Assembly: GCA_903930485.1 (NCBI GenBank)
Contig: CAIYYO010000024.1
Location: 1 to 41,839 of the forward strand
Source: Methanobacteriota archaeon
GTDB lineage: Archaea > Altiarchaeota > Altiarchaeia > IMC4 > QMZM01
Reading direction: 5' to 3'
DNA length: 41,839 nt
The notes under the pieces were generated by a model. That model was not told the origin of the DNA, did no database searches, and was given only the letters and a program-made list of their open reading frames with translations. This document shows, piece after piece, positions 28,318 to 37,335 of the stretch. The position numbers and the translations under genes were made by a program. The first letter of the stretch is position 1. Each line of letters begins with the position of its first letter.

Positions 28318-30443
28318 CCGATAAACCGGACATAACAAGCCTGTTCGAGCCTCGCACCGTAGCGGTTGTCGGAGCCTCCCACAACCCTGAAAAGATCGGC
28401 TACAAGATTGTCGAGAACATAATCGCCTGCGGATACGCCGGCAGGATCTGTCCGATAAATCCCGAAGGCGGCGAGATACTGAAGCTCCCGGTCTACAAGA
28501 ACGTGGGCGACGTCGACGGGGAAATCGACGTGGCGGTCATAACCATCCCCTCGAAATACGTTTACGACGCCGTCAAGGCCTGCGCGGACAAAGGCGTCAA
28601 GTACTCGCTCATAATATCTTCCGGTTTCTCGGAGGTCGGCGACTACGAGAGCGAAAAGAAGATCGTCTCATGCGCGCAGGAAGGCGGTATGCGCATCATC
28701 GGGCCCAACATCTTCGGCATGTATGTCGCTAAGTCCTCGTTCAACGCAACCTTCGGTACAAGGGACGTACGCCCGGGCGGGATAGCGATAATAACCCAGA
28801 GCGGCGCCCTGGGAATATCCCTCATGGGCAAGACGGCGGTGATGAACATAGGGCTTTCAGGGATGTTCTCTCTCGGGAACAAGTCCGACGTAGACGAATC
28901 CGACCTGCTGGAATACCTGATAACCGACGACAGCACGCGGATAATAATGATGTACGTCGAAGGCGTAAAGAACGGCGGCCGTCTTGTGGAGCTGCTCAAG
29001 AAAGCTACCTCAAAAAAGCCAGTGATCGTCATCAAGGCCGGCAGGTCGAAGCGCGGGGCGATGGCGGCTGCATCCCATACCGGCTCCCTTGCAGGTTCGG
29101 ATGCGGTCTTCTCGGACATAATGAAGCAGTGCGGCGTCATACGCGCCGAAAGCATTCAGGAGGCCCTTGACGCGTGCAAGTACATCTCTAATTCCCCTCA
29201 GCCGAAGGGCGAGAATTCGGTCATAATAACTAACGGAGGCGGCATGGGAGTCATGGCAGCCGACGCATGCGAAAAATATTCCGTGAACCTTTACGACAAT
29301 ATAGAAGACCTTAAAAGGACATTTTCAAAAGTCGTGCCGGCATTCGGTTCCGTGAAGAATCCAGTGGATCTTACCGGCCAGGCGACGCTGGAGAACTACA
29401 AGACTGCGATAGACGCGGCGCTGGCGAACAAAGACATCCACACGGTTATATGCCTTGGATGCGAGACAGCGTTCTTCGATGCATCCAAGATAGCAGAGAT
29501 GATTAAAGGGTTGTATTCAAACAGCAAGCCTGCCAAGCCTTTGGTCTATTCGTTTTTCGGCGGCGCAAGGATTGAGGATTGCATAACGAGCCTTAAAGCC
29601 GTCGACATACCGGCGTTCTCCGACGTCTACGAAGCGGTCTCCTGTATGGGTGTATTGTACGAGAACTACAGGAACACGGCTTACGCGACCGAATCCGACC
29701 AGAAGGAAGAACAAGGGATCGACGATCCTTCAATAGACGTGATAGTCAAAAAGGCACTGGGTGAGGGCCGGCACTTCCTGCTGTCTTACGAGGCTGAAAA
29801 AGTCATGGCCGCCGCAGGTATACGGATGCCTAAGAGCTTCCTTGCGAAAGACTTTGACGAGGCCGTGAAATTCGCGGAAAAGATCGGTTATCCCGTAGCG
29901 CTGAAGGTCGTCTCAAAGGATATAATCCATAAAAGCGATGCAGGCGGCGTTGCTTTGAATCTCGAGAACAGGCAGGAGGTTTTGGACGCGTATCAGGTGA
30001 TACTCTACAACTGCAAAAAAGCCAAACCGGACGCAGTCATAGAAGGCGTCTCCGTGAGCGAGATGATGAAGAAGGAAATTGAAACCATCGCCGGCGCGGT
30101 AAGGGATAAATCGTTCGGGCCCGTCGTGATGTACGGCCTAGGCGGCGTGTACGTGGAGATATTGAACGATGTCGCATTCAGGTCTTTCCCTCTAGGCAGG
30201 AAGGACATACTCAAGATGATAAACGAAACAAAGTCGTCGCAGCTCCTCATGGGCGCAAGGGGCGAGAAACGCAAAGACGTCGGCTCCGTCGTGGATGCCG
30301 TGTCAAAGCTCGGAACAATACTCGCAAGGCATGAAGAGATATCTGAAATAGAGATCAACCCGCTCATGGTCTATGAGGACGGGCAGGGGGTAATGGCCCC
30401 GGATGTGCGGATCCTGTTGTCAAAGGGTCCGGAGGCGAAATAG
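28314..30443 (+). CDS. ADP-forming acetate/acyl-CoA ligase, alpha-beta fusion
   Basis: VAVVGAS, SSGFSE, GPNIFG, QSGALG, GNKSD, SHTGSLAG (alpha phospho-His), NGGG.G, NPVD, GYPVALK, IHKSDAGGV (beta His), FGPVVMYGLGG, EINPL. Confidence 0.93.
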   Translation: MTDKPDITSLFEPRTVAVVGASHNPEKIGYKIVENIIACGYAGRICPINPEGGEILKLPVYKNVGDVDGEIDVAVITIPSKYVYDAVKACADKGVKYSLIISSGFSEVGDYESEKKIVSCAQEGGMRIIGPNIFGMYVAKSSFNATFGTRDVRPGGIAIITQSGALGISLMGKTAVMNIGLSGMFSLGNKSDVDESDLLEYLITDDSTRIIMMYVEGVKNGGRLVELLKKATSKKPVIVIKAGRSKRGAMAAASHTGSLAGSDAVFSDIMKQCGVIRAESIQEALDACKYISNSPQPKGENSVIITNGGGMGVMAADACEKYSVNLYDNIEDLKRTFSKVVPAFGSVKNPVDLTGQATLENYKTAIDAALANKDIHTVICLGCETAFFDASKIAEMIKGLYSNSKPAKPLVYSFFGGARIEDCITSLKAVDIPAFSDVYEAVSCMGVLYENYRNTAYATESDQKEEQGIDDPSIDVIVKKALGEGRHFLLSYEAEKVMAAAGIRMPKSFLAKDFDEAVKFAEKIGYPVALKVVSKDIIHKSDAGGVALNLENRQEVLDAYQVILYNCKKAKPDAVIEGVSVSEMMKKEIETIAGAVRDKSFGPVVMYGLGGVYVEILNDVAFRSFPLGRKDILKMINETKSSQLLMGARGEKRKDVGSVVDAVSKLGTILARHEEISEIEINPLMVYEDGQGVMAPDVRILLSKGPEAK

Positions 30444-31478
30444 ATGCAAAAGATAATTATCGCTTCTGCAAGCAGAGGCGCAGGGAAGACTTTTGTGACC
30501 GTGGGACTGATGAAGGCGGCCGGGAAGGGTCTCGGCTACATAAAGCCGCTCGGGAACCGGCTAGTCTACTCCCGGAAAAAACTCTGGGACTATGATGCTG
30601 CGCTCATAGCCAAGGTCTTCAAGCTCCAGATGCCGCCGGAAGATCTCACGATAGGCTTCGAGCATGCGAAGATCAAGCACTCATACACGAAGGATGCCGT
30701 GAAAAAGAAGGTCCTCGAGCTTTCGGCCGAAGCGTCGAAGGGCAAGAAAGCCCTCATCATAGAAGCCGGAACAGATTTGTGTCACGGGACAAGCATAAAC
30801 CTCGACCCGATCTCGCTTGCCAAATACGTGAAAGGGAAGATTGTCCTCGTCGTGAACGGGGACGATTACGACGCCCTCGACGATTCGCTCTTCTTCGGCT
30901 CGTGCATCAAGAAGACAGGCGCAGGGTTCGCAGGAGTGATAATAAACAACGTCAAAGACCCGTCGGGGTTCCGGGACCTGTACCTGCCGCGGATCAGGGA
31001 AGCAGGGATAAAGGTTCTTGGGATCATTCCATACAACGACGCCTTAACCCACTACGATGCCGGCTATCTGGCCGATAATCTTTTCTCCAAGACGTTAACC
31101 GGCGAAGCCGGCCTGGGCAAGGTCGTAGAGAATGTGTTCGTAGGAGACGTGTCTTCCACGACGGCTCTCAAGAACCCCTCATTCCATAAGAAAGGCAACC
31201 TCGTCATAACCGGAGGCGACAGGAGCGACATGATCCTCGCGGCCATAGAAACGGGCGCATCATGCGTTATATTGACCAACAACATAATGCCGCACGCGAA
31301 CATAATATTAAAGGCATCGCACGCGCAGGTCCCACTGCTGCTGGTTCCGACCGATACGTACACGACGGCAGTAAGGGTCGAGCACCTCGAGCACATGCTG
31401 ACGGAAAAAGACGAGGAGAAGATCGCAGCCCTGGGCAGGATGGTCAAGAAGCACGTGAAGCTGAAAGAAATATTTTAA
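30444..31478 (+). CDS. Phosphotransacetylase N-terminal-like protein (BioD-like P-loop + DRTGG domain), no PTA catalytic domain
   Basis: GAGKT, GYIKPLG, IIEAG, VLGIIP, ITGGDRSD, DTYT. Confidence 0.88.
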   Translation: MQKIIIASASRGAGKTFVTVGLMKAAGKGLGYIKPLGNRLVYSRKKLWDYDAALIAKVFKLQMPPEDLTIGFEHAKIKHSYTKDAVKKKVLELSAEASKGKKALIIEAGTDLCHGTSINLDPISLAKYVKGKIVLVVNGDDYDALDDSLFFGSCIKKTGAGFAGVIINNVKDPSGFRDLYLPRIREAGIKVLGIIPYNDALTHYDAGYLADNLFSKTLTGEAGLGKVVENVFVGDVSSTTALKNPSFHKKGNLVITGGDRSDMILAAIETGASCVILTNNIMPHANIILKASHAQVPLLLVPTDTYTTAVRVEHLEHMLTEKDEEKIAALGRMVKKHVKLKEIF

Positions 31479-31533
31479 GGGCCGCAGCCGCTGTAGGTGT
31501 GTCTTAAGCAATGCTTTCCCAATATAGCCTACT

Positions 31534-32178
31534 ATGAAGGCTTGTTTCCTTCTTTTCTTGGCGGCTTGTTTGACTCTTACATGCTGCACCGGTCAGGTGG
31601 ACCAGAACCTGAAATCGGTGGAGATAAAAGAATACAACGGGACGAAATTGGGCTCGATGACCGACTTCGTCGAGAACTCGATTAACGGGCCGCAGTCCGT
31701 CAATATCTCGACCTACCGGCTGTCTGTGGACGGCCTGGTCGCTAACCCTCAGCATTACACATATTCTGAGGTGCTGGGCCATAGAAGCTTCCTTAAAGTG
31801 ACCACTCTCGACTGCGTTGAAGGCTGGAGCGTGAAAGTCCTCTGGCACGGCGTTCTGGTTTCAGACCTCGTCGACGAAGCGAAGCCGTCGCCCGGCGCGA
31901 ACACCGTCATATTCCATGCCTATGACGGATATACGACGTCGCTTCCTCTTCAGTACGTCCGGGACAAGAAAATACTACTGGCCTATAAGATAAACAACGT
32001 GACTCTACCTCCGGCTAACGGTTACCCGTTCCAGCTCGTCGCCGAAGACAAGTGGGGGTACAAGTGGATCAGATGGGTGGACGAGATACGAGTATCCAAT
32101 GATTCGTCTTATAAGGGATACTGGGAGAGCCGGGGTTATAGCAATGACGGAGACAACTCCCGGCCTATGTTTGGCTGA
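31534..32178 (+). CDS. Molybdopterin-dependent oxidoreductase (sulfite oxidase/MsrP-like Mo domain), predicted lipoprotein
   Basis: YRLSVDGLV, LDCVEGWS (Mo-ligand Cys), W.GV, DGYTTSLPL, GYPFQLV, WGYKW..W, GYWE.RGY. Confidence 0.9.
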   Translation: MKACFLLFLAACLTLTCCTGQVDQNLKSVEIKEYNGTKLGSMTDFVENSINGPQSVNISTYRLSVDGLVANPQHYTYSEVLGHRSFLKVTTLDCVEGWSVKVLWHGVLVSDLVDEAKPSPGANTVIFHAYDGYTTSLPLQYVRDKKILLAYKINNVTLPPANGYPFQLVAEDKWGYKWIRWVDEIRVSNDSSYKGYWESRGYSNDGDNSRPMFG

Positions 32179-32260
32179 GGTCTGTTTTTTGATCAATGAG
32201 GCCTCCAAAACCGTCTATTAAGGAATATTTTCCTAGACATAACCCTGGGGTTGAAAAGAA

Positions 32261-32878
32261 ATGGATGCAAAAAACAAGATCTACGTTCTGCCGGAACTGC
32301 CTTATGCCTACGATGCATTGAAGCCGTACATATCTGAAGAACAATTGAGGATACACCACGACAAGCATCATGCGGCTTATGTAGCCGCGGCGAACGCTCT
32401 TCTGGAATCGCTTGAAAAGGCGAGGCAGGGAAATACGGACCTGGATTACGGAACGGTCGCAAAACAACTGTCCTTCAACACTGGAGGCCATCGGCTGCAT
32501 TCGCTCTACTGGAAGAACCTGACTCCCGTGGATAATACCGGCAAGGCGCCGAAGCCCTCGGGAGAGATAGGCAACGCCATAGACCGGGAATTCGGAAGCT
32601 TCGACCGCTTCAAAAAAGAGTTCTCGCAGACCGCGGCAAAGACCGAAGGCTCGGGCTGGGCAGTCCTATCGTTTTGCCGCGAGGTCGAGCGGCCTATAAT
32701 AATGCAGGTCGAGAAGCACAATATGAACGTGACGCCAAGGCGTCCCGTGATACTGGTGCTGGACGTATGGGAGCACGCATACTATCTGGACTACAAGAAC
32801 GACCGGGCCAAATACGTTGAAAACTTCTGGAACATAGTCAACTGGGACGAAGTGGGCAGGCGGCTTGCAGATCTGTAG
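32261..32878 (+). CDS. sod: Fe/Mn superoxide dismutase
   Basis: LPELPYAYDALKP, HHDKHH, GGH..H..YW, GSGWA, DVWEHAYYLDY. Confidence 0.97.
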   Translation: MDAKNKIYVLPELPYAYDALKPYISEEQLRIHHDKHHAAYVAAANALLESLEKARQGNTDLDYGTVAKQLSFNTGGHRLHSLYWKNLTPVDNTGKAPKPSGEIGNAIDREFGSFDRFKKEFSQTAAKTEGSGWAVLSFCREVERPIIMQVEKHNMNVTPRRPVILVLDVWEHAYYLDYKNDRAKYVENFWNIVNWDEVGRRLADL

Positions 32879-32891
32879 AAAAAATAAACAC

Positions 32892-33752
32892 ATGAAGGGC
32901 GTTTCTGTTTTCCGAGATTCATTGGGGCTTTTCAGGCAGGCCTTCTCCGAATGGAACAAGGACAATGCATCCCTTATCGCGGCAGCCATAGCATACTATG
33001 CGGCGTTTTCCCTGGCTCCTTTGATGATAATCCTGATGGTCATCTCTGGTTTACTCGTAGGTCCTGCCGGACAGACCGGCAGGCTACAAAGAAGCGTTAG
33101 CGGCTTCCTGGGGGCCGAAATCGCCGCATCTCTGGAGGGAATCATACGCACCGTCGGCAGTTCTCCCCCAAGCTACTTTGCCACTGCGTTGGCCGCCCTG
33201 TTTTTGTTTTTGGGAGCGACCGGACTGTTCCTCCAGACAAGGAAAGGCTTACAGATAATATGGGGCCTGAAACCCGCGGCTGGGGGAGCCATTCTAAATA
33301 CGCTGAGATCCTATCTCCTCTCATTCGTCCAGCTAGTCCTGGCAGGGCTTATAGTGCTGCTTTCAGCCGCCCTTACGGCAGTGATCACATCGACCGGAAG
33401 GTCTCTTAGAGTTATCCCGTTCCATTTCACCCTGCTCCACATGGCAAATTTTCTGGTTTTTTTTATTGCCGTCTGCATTCTGTTCGCATCGACTTACAAG
33501 ACGCTCTCCGACGCGCGGCTGCTATGGAGCGACGTCTTATACGGTTCGGCATTCACCGCAGCGCTTTTCTCGGCAGGGAACATCATAATAGGAACATATC
33601 TGGGAGCCGCGAACATCGGATCCGTTTACGGCGCCGCAAGCTCGATCTTCGTCGTAATCTTCTGGGTATACTATTCTGCGCAGATATTCTTTTTCGGGGC
33701 AGAGCTGATCAAGGTATATTCGAAAAGGTGCGGGTCGCAGAAGTGCGTTTGA
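32892..33752 (+). CDS. YihY/virulence factor BrkB family membrane protein
   Basis: D.A...AAAIAYYAAFSLAP, YGAASS, WVYYSAQIFFFGAE. Confidence 0.92.
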   Translation: MKGVSVFRDSLGLFRQAFSEWNKDNASLIAAAIAYYAAFSLAPLMIILMVISGLLVGPAGQTGRLQRSVSGFLGAEIAASLEGIIRTVGSSPPSYFATALAALFLFLGATGLFLQTRKGLQIIWGLKPAAGGAILNTLRSYLLSFVQLVLAGLIVLLSAALTAVITSTGRSLRVIPFHFTLLHMANFLVFFIAVCILFASTYKTLSDARLLWSDVLYGSAFTAALFSAGNIIIGTYLGAANIGSVYGAASSIFVVIFWVYYSAQIFFFGAELIKVYSKRCGSQKCV

Positions 33753-33765
33753 GACGGATCTCGGA

Positions 33766-34284
33766 TTAACGTCTATTCCTTATGCTCCTCATCAGCGCCA
33801 GCAGCCCCTTCATTAACTCTTTCGGCTCTGGCGGATTCCCGGGTATTTTGATATCGACCGGCAGTATCATGTCCGCGCCGCCGAGGACTGCGTATGTCCC
33901 TTTATAGATCCCGCCGTCGCACGCGTCGTCCCCGACCGCCATTACGTACTTGGGCGAAGGAGTCGCATCATACGTCTTTTTCACTGCCCCGGCCATGTTG
34001 CGCGTGACCGCGCCGGTTATAACAATAACGTCCGCATGCCTCGGCGACGCTACGAAGGTTACTCCGAATCTTTCGACGTCGTAGTGAGGCGTCCCCAGGT
34101 TGTTCAATTCGATTTCGGCGGCATTGTCGCTTCCGCTATCAAGTTCGCGAATGGCAAGGCTTCGCCCAAATATGGTGTCTATGTCCTTTTTCAGCCTGAT
34201 GCCTAGCGCCTCGAATTCTTCGTCCTTGAAAGTGACTTCCTCAGTCACGGGTTTTTTGAAAATGTTCGTGATAGCTTTGTTCAT
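33766..34284 (-). CDS. ehrS: Ehr/Hyf-like small subunit (NuoB/HyfI homolog) lacking all four canonical Fe-S cysteines
   Basis: FGRSLAIR, YDVERFG..FVASPRHAD, TGAVT.NM, TPSPKYV.AVG, PVD..IPG.PP; ligand motifs read GSDNAA, GDDA, PGNPP. Confidence 0.88.
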   Translation of the reverse strand: MNKAITNIFKKPVTEEVTFKDEEFEALGIRLKKDIDTIFGRSLAIRELDSGSDNAAEIELNNLGTPHYDVERFGVTFVASPRHADVIVITGAVTRNMAGAVKKTYDATPSPKYVMAVGDDACDGGIYKGTYAVLGGADMILPVDIKIPGNPPEPKELMKGLLALMRSIRNRR

Positions 34285-34289
34285 TTTTT

Positions 34290-35870
34290 TTACAAGTCTG
34301 TGCCCGAATATGAAAGGTTGAAACTCTTGTTGATCAGGGGGAAATCCGGCACGATGTTGCCGATGACTGCGTGTTCTATCGCCTGCCAGTTGCAGAACGA
34401 GGCCGTGCGTATTTTGTATCGGTCGACGACGCCGTTCTTTACCCAAATCCAGTGGAAGCTTTGGCCCCTTGCGCATTCGACGAGGGAGGTGGCGTAGCCG
34501 TCCCTGATGGCATAATCCGTAGATACCGGGCCCGAAGGCAGATCGTCGAGCGCCTTTTTTATCATCCTGCACGAGTCGAGGATATCCGAAGCCTTTGTCT
34601 CGAACCTTGCCAGGACGTCGCCCTCGTCTACGGTTTTCACGTTCGGTTTTATTTTTTCGTATAGGCCGTAGGGGTGATATATCCTGGTATCTGTAGAAAG
34701 CCCATTCGAGCGCGCCATCGGTCCGGTTATGTGCAGGGCCGCTAGCAGCTCTTTACGTATAACGCCCGTCTTTTCGAATCTGTCTATGACCGAGGGCGTT
34801 GAACGCACATATTCGACCGACTCTTCAAACGTCTCTATACATTTATCCAGGAAGGTAGGCAGCTGTTTCAGCGCGTCTTCCGGAACGTCTTTTTTCAGCC
34901 CGCTTATGCCTATGACGTCTTTCATGAAACGCGAACCTGTAAGGGCCTTGTTCTGTCTCAGGATCTCTTCCCGTAATATGAAGAACGGGCTAGCGCCTAC
35001 CGGGAACGCGACGTCGACGCACATCCCGGCAAGGTCTCCGAGAAGCGAATAGATCCTTTCCATCTCGAGGAAGACAGTGCGCAGGCGCCATGCGCGTTCC
35101 GGCGGCCGGATGCAGCAGAGCTTCTCTATGGCATTGCAATATGCGACGGCGTTGGATACCTTCTCGTCTCCGCTTATGGATTCCGCGATCCTCACGCATT
35201 CCTCGGGCGTTTTCCCTTCCGCCAGTTTCTCTATCCCGCGGTGTTTGTAGAACATCCGTATCTCGAGGTGGTAGATCGTCTCTCCTATGACGCTGAACCT
35301 GAAGTGTCCGGGCTCTATGATCCCGGCGTGGACTGGTCCGACGGGTATCTCGTAGACTCCTTCGCCTGCGACTTTTCTGAACTGGTATTCTCCAGCGCCG
35401 GTCGGCTCGCCGTTTTCCATTGTATCGAGCTCAGAGTTCTTGAACCCTTTTTGCAGCGGGTGGAACCCTTCTGGGTATGATTCGTGCAGGAAGAGCCTTC
35501 TTTCGTCGAAGGGGTTTGTGAACCTTATGCCGTAGCCGTCGGTCGCTTCTCTTTCGTACCATGACGCCGACGGGAACGACGACGTTATCGATGGCGCGCT
35601 TTCCCATCTGAGCGGGAGCCGGAATACTGCGATCTCTTTGTAGGGCTTTTTCTCGAATGCATAGAGCAGCGTGTAGGCGGCGTGCGCATCAAAGCCTTCG
35701 ACGCAGAAAAGGCTTGCGAGTTCGTAGGCGCTTGCTGACAGGAGATGCATGACGGTCTCCAAGTCCCTCTCAGCTAGGGTAATGTAGACGTCGTTATTGC
35801 ACCCTATCTTTGCGTCTGACTCGACTATCCTGCCCCTTGTCGTATATGCTATGTCGTCTATAAGCTCCAT
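34290..35870 (-). CDS. ehrL: Ehr/Hyf-like large subunit (NuoC+NuoD / HycE-like fusion) without NiFe-binding cysteines
   Basis: WYERE..DGYGI.F, GPVHAGIIEPGHFRF, YKHRGIEK, SISGD in place of RxCGxC, GDVLAR, VECARG, DFPLINKSFNLSY in place of DPCxxC. Confidence 0.9.
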   Translation of the reverse strand: MELIDDIAYTTRGRIVESDAKIGCNNDVYITLAERDLETVMHLLSASAYELASLFCVEGFDAHAAYTLLYAFEKKPYKEIAVFRLPLRWESAPSITSSFPSASWYEREATDGYGIRFTNPFDERRLFLHESYPEGFHPLQKGFKNSELDTMENGEPTGAGEYQFRKVAGEGVYEIPVGPVHAGIIEPGHFRFSVIGETIYHLEIRMFYKHRGIEKLAEGKTPEECVRIAESISGDEKVSNAVAYCNAIEKLCCIRPPERAWRLRTVFLEMERIYSLLGDLAGMCVDVAFPVGASPFFILREEILRQNKALTGSRFMKDVIGISGLKKDVPEDALKQLPTFLDKCIETFEESVEYVRSTPSVIDRFEKTGVIRKELLAALHITGPMARSNGLSTDTRIYHPYGLYEKIKPNVKTVDEGDVLARFETKASDILDSCRMIKKALDDLPSGPVSTDYAIRDGYATSLVECARGQSFHWIWVKNGVVDRYKIRTASFCNWQAIEHAVIGNIVPDFPLINKSFNLSYSGTDL

Positions 35871-35882
35871 ATTTTTCTTCTT

Positions 35883-37334
35883 CTAAAATCCGAGTCCGGA
35901 AACTATGCTATTCAATGCTCCGTCCAAAGGCTGCGGGAAGAACAACCCGAGGCCGTAGACCAGTATTATGAGGATTATCACCGGGATTTTCATCCTTACA
36001 GGTGTGGGGTAACGGCGCATAACGTCGTTCTCGTCTATTCTCGTGAAGATGGCGGTGATGAATAATGCGAAGCCGGCGGCCGCTAACAACAGCAGGAGGA
36101 GAACTGCGATGAGGAGGATCGTCGAGAACTTCGCCACCTGGACGAGGATGGAAAATTTTGTAATGAAAACGATTGCTGGCGGGATCCCTATTATGGCAAG
36201 GCTTCCGAGGATCAGTCCTGCAGAGGCAAGCGGCTGCAGTTTTAGCGCGTTCTTTATGTTCTCGATCTTGTTGCTGTCGTATTGCCGGTTCAGTATCCCC
36301 GCCGACAGGAATAGAAGGGCTTTGGTAAGGGAATGGGCAAGGACGTGATACAAAGTCCAGTAGATCGCGATCGGTGTCCCGATTCCGATTCCTATGAGCA
36401 TGAGTCCTGCGTGTTCCGTGCTTGAGAATGCTATCAGTTTTTTCAGATTCTTCTGCTGCAGCATGCTGAAGGCTGCGATGAACAGGCTGAGGATTCCGAA
36501 AGCTATCAGGAGGTTCGAACACGTCGCGGCCGAGCCTGGGTTCTGCCTCGTTATCGAGTAGATGCGCAGTATTCCGTATATCCCTATGTTCAGCATGACG
36601 GCCGAGATTATGGCGCTTACTGCCGAGGGGGCTTTCGAGTAGGCGTGCGGCAGGCTTGTATGCAGCGGCGCTATTCCGGATTTGGCCGCGTATCCGAGGA
36701 ACATGAACGCGAAGCTTGCGGCAAGGGGCGCTGCCGGGAAGGTTTTTGCGTTCTTGAGCAGGACGTCCCAGTTCAGTGTCCCTGTTCCGAGGGTTTTTTC
36801 AGTCAGGGCGAACAGGAGGATCAGGCCGATGAACGAGAACAGCATCGCAGTAGACGTGACGAATATGTATTTCAGCGACGCATCTATGTTCTTTTTCGAG
36901 TTCAGTATGGCTATGAGGAAGGCCGTGAAGAACGTGGTGAGTTCGGCGAATATCCAGAACAGCGCAAGGTTGTTGGACGAAAAGGCGAGGACTGTGAACA
37001 ATAGCAGCGCATTGAAGGAGAGATAGTAGCCCTTAAGGTTTTTCCTTTCAAGGATGCCGATCTTTATCAGGCTCTCTGCATGCCCTCCTGCATAGACTGC
37101 GGCGAGCAGGAAGATCGTGCCGGCGATGAATATCTCGTAGGTGCTGAGGGCGTCGATATACAGGTTGTTTTCAAGATAGTAAACCGGAATGGCGCCGGAA
37201 TACTGGAGGCAGGCGGCGAACGCGATGCATGCGATGGCGTGGGCTATTGCAACAAGATTCATAGCTTTATGCGATTTCAGGAATTGCGTGAGCGCAAGGG
37301 CCGCGAAAGCCGCCAGAAGATAATATTGGAGCAT
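35883..37334 (-). CDS. hyfF: HyfF-like proton-conducting antiporter subunit (NuoN/M/MrpD family)
   Basis: WIFAELTT, LKY, AKSGIAPLH.SLP.AYS.APS, KKLIAFSS.EH, HSLTKALLF, FITK. Confidence 0.88.
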   Translation of the reverse strand: MLQYYLLAAFAALALTQFLKSHKAMNLVAIAHAIACIAFAACLQYSGAIPVYYLENNLYIDALSTYEIFIAGTIFLLAAVYAGGHAESLIKIGILERKNLKGYYLSFNALLLFTVLAFSSNNLALFWIFAELTTFFTAFLIAILNSKKNIDASLKYIFVTSTAMLFSFIGLILLFALTEKTLGTGTLNWDVLLKNAKTFPAAPLAASFAFMFLGYAAKSGIAPLHTSLPHAYSKAPSAVSAIISAVMLNIGIYGILRIYSITRQNPGSAATCSNLLIAFGILSLFIAAFSMLQQKNLKKLIAFSSTEHAGLMLIGIGIGTPIAIYWTLYHVLAHSLTKALLFLSAGILNRQYDSNKIENIKNALKLQPLASAGLILGSLAIIGIPPAIVFITKFSILVQVAKFSTILLIAVLLLLLLAAAGFALFITAIFTRIDENDVMRRYPTPVRMKIPVIILIILVYGLGLFFPQPLDGALNSIVSGLGF

Positions 37335-37335
37335 T

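Noticed and set aside
28314..30443. Annotating the ACD-like gene as a Pat/Pka protein acetyltransferase
   Set aside because: It has no fused GNAT domain and retains both catalytic His motifs of an active ligase.
33766..34284. Selenocysteine or recoding as the explanation for the missing cysteines
   Set aside because: The positions are ordinary sense codons (GAC, GCC, GAC, AAT), not TGA.
34285..34572. Long N-terminal extensions of ehrS, hyfE, cutA and the second pstS in the ORF track
   Set aside because: They overlap neighbouring genes; downstream ATGs give normal sizes and operon-style coupling.
33766..35870. Calling the complex a NiFe hydrogenase or formate hydrogenlyase
   Set aside because: Both NiFe CxxC motifs are absent, and no maturation or fdh genes are in the window.
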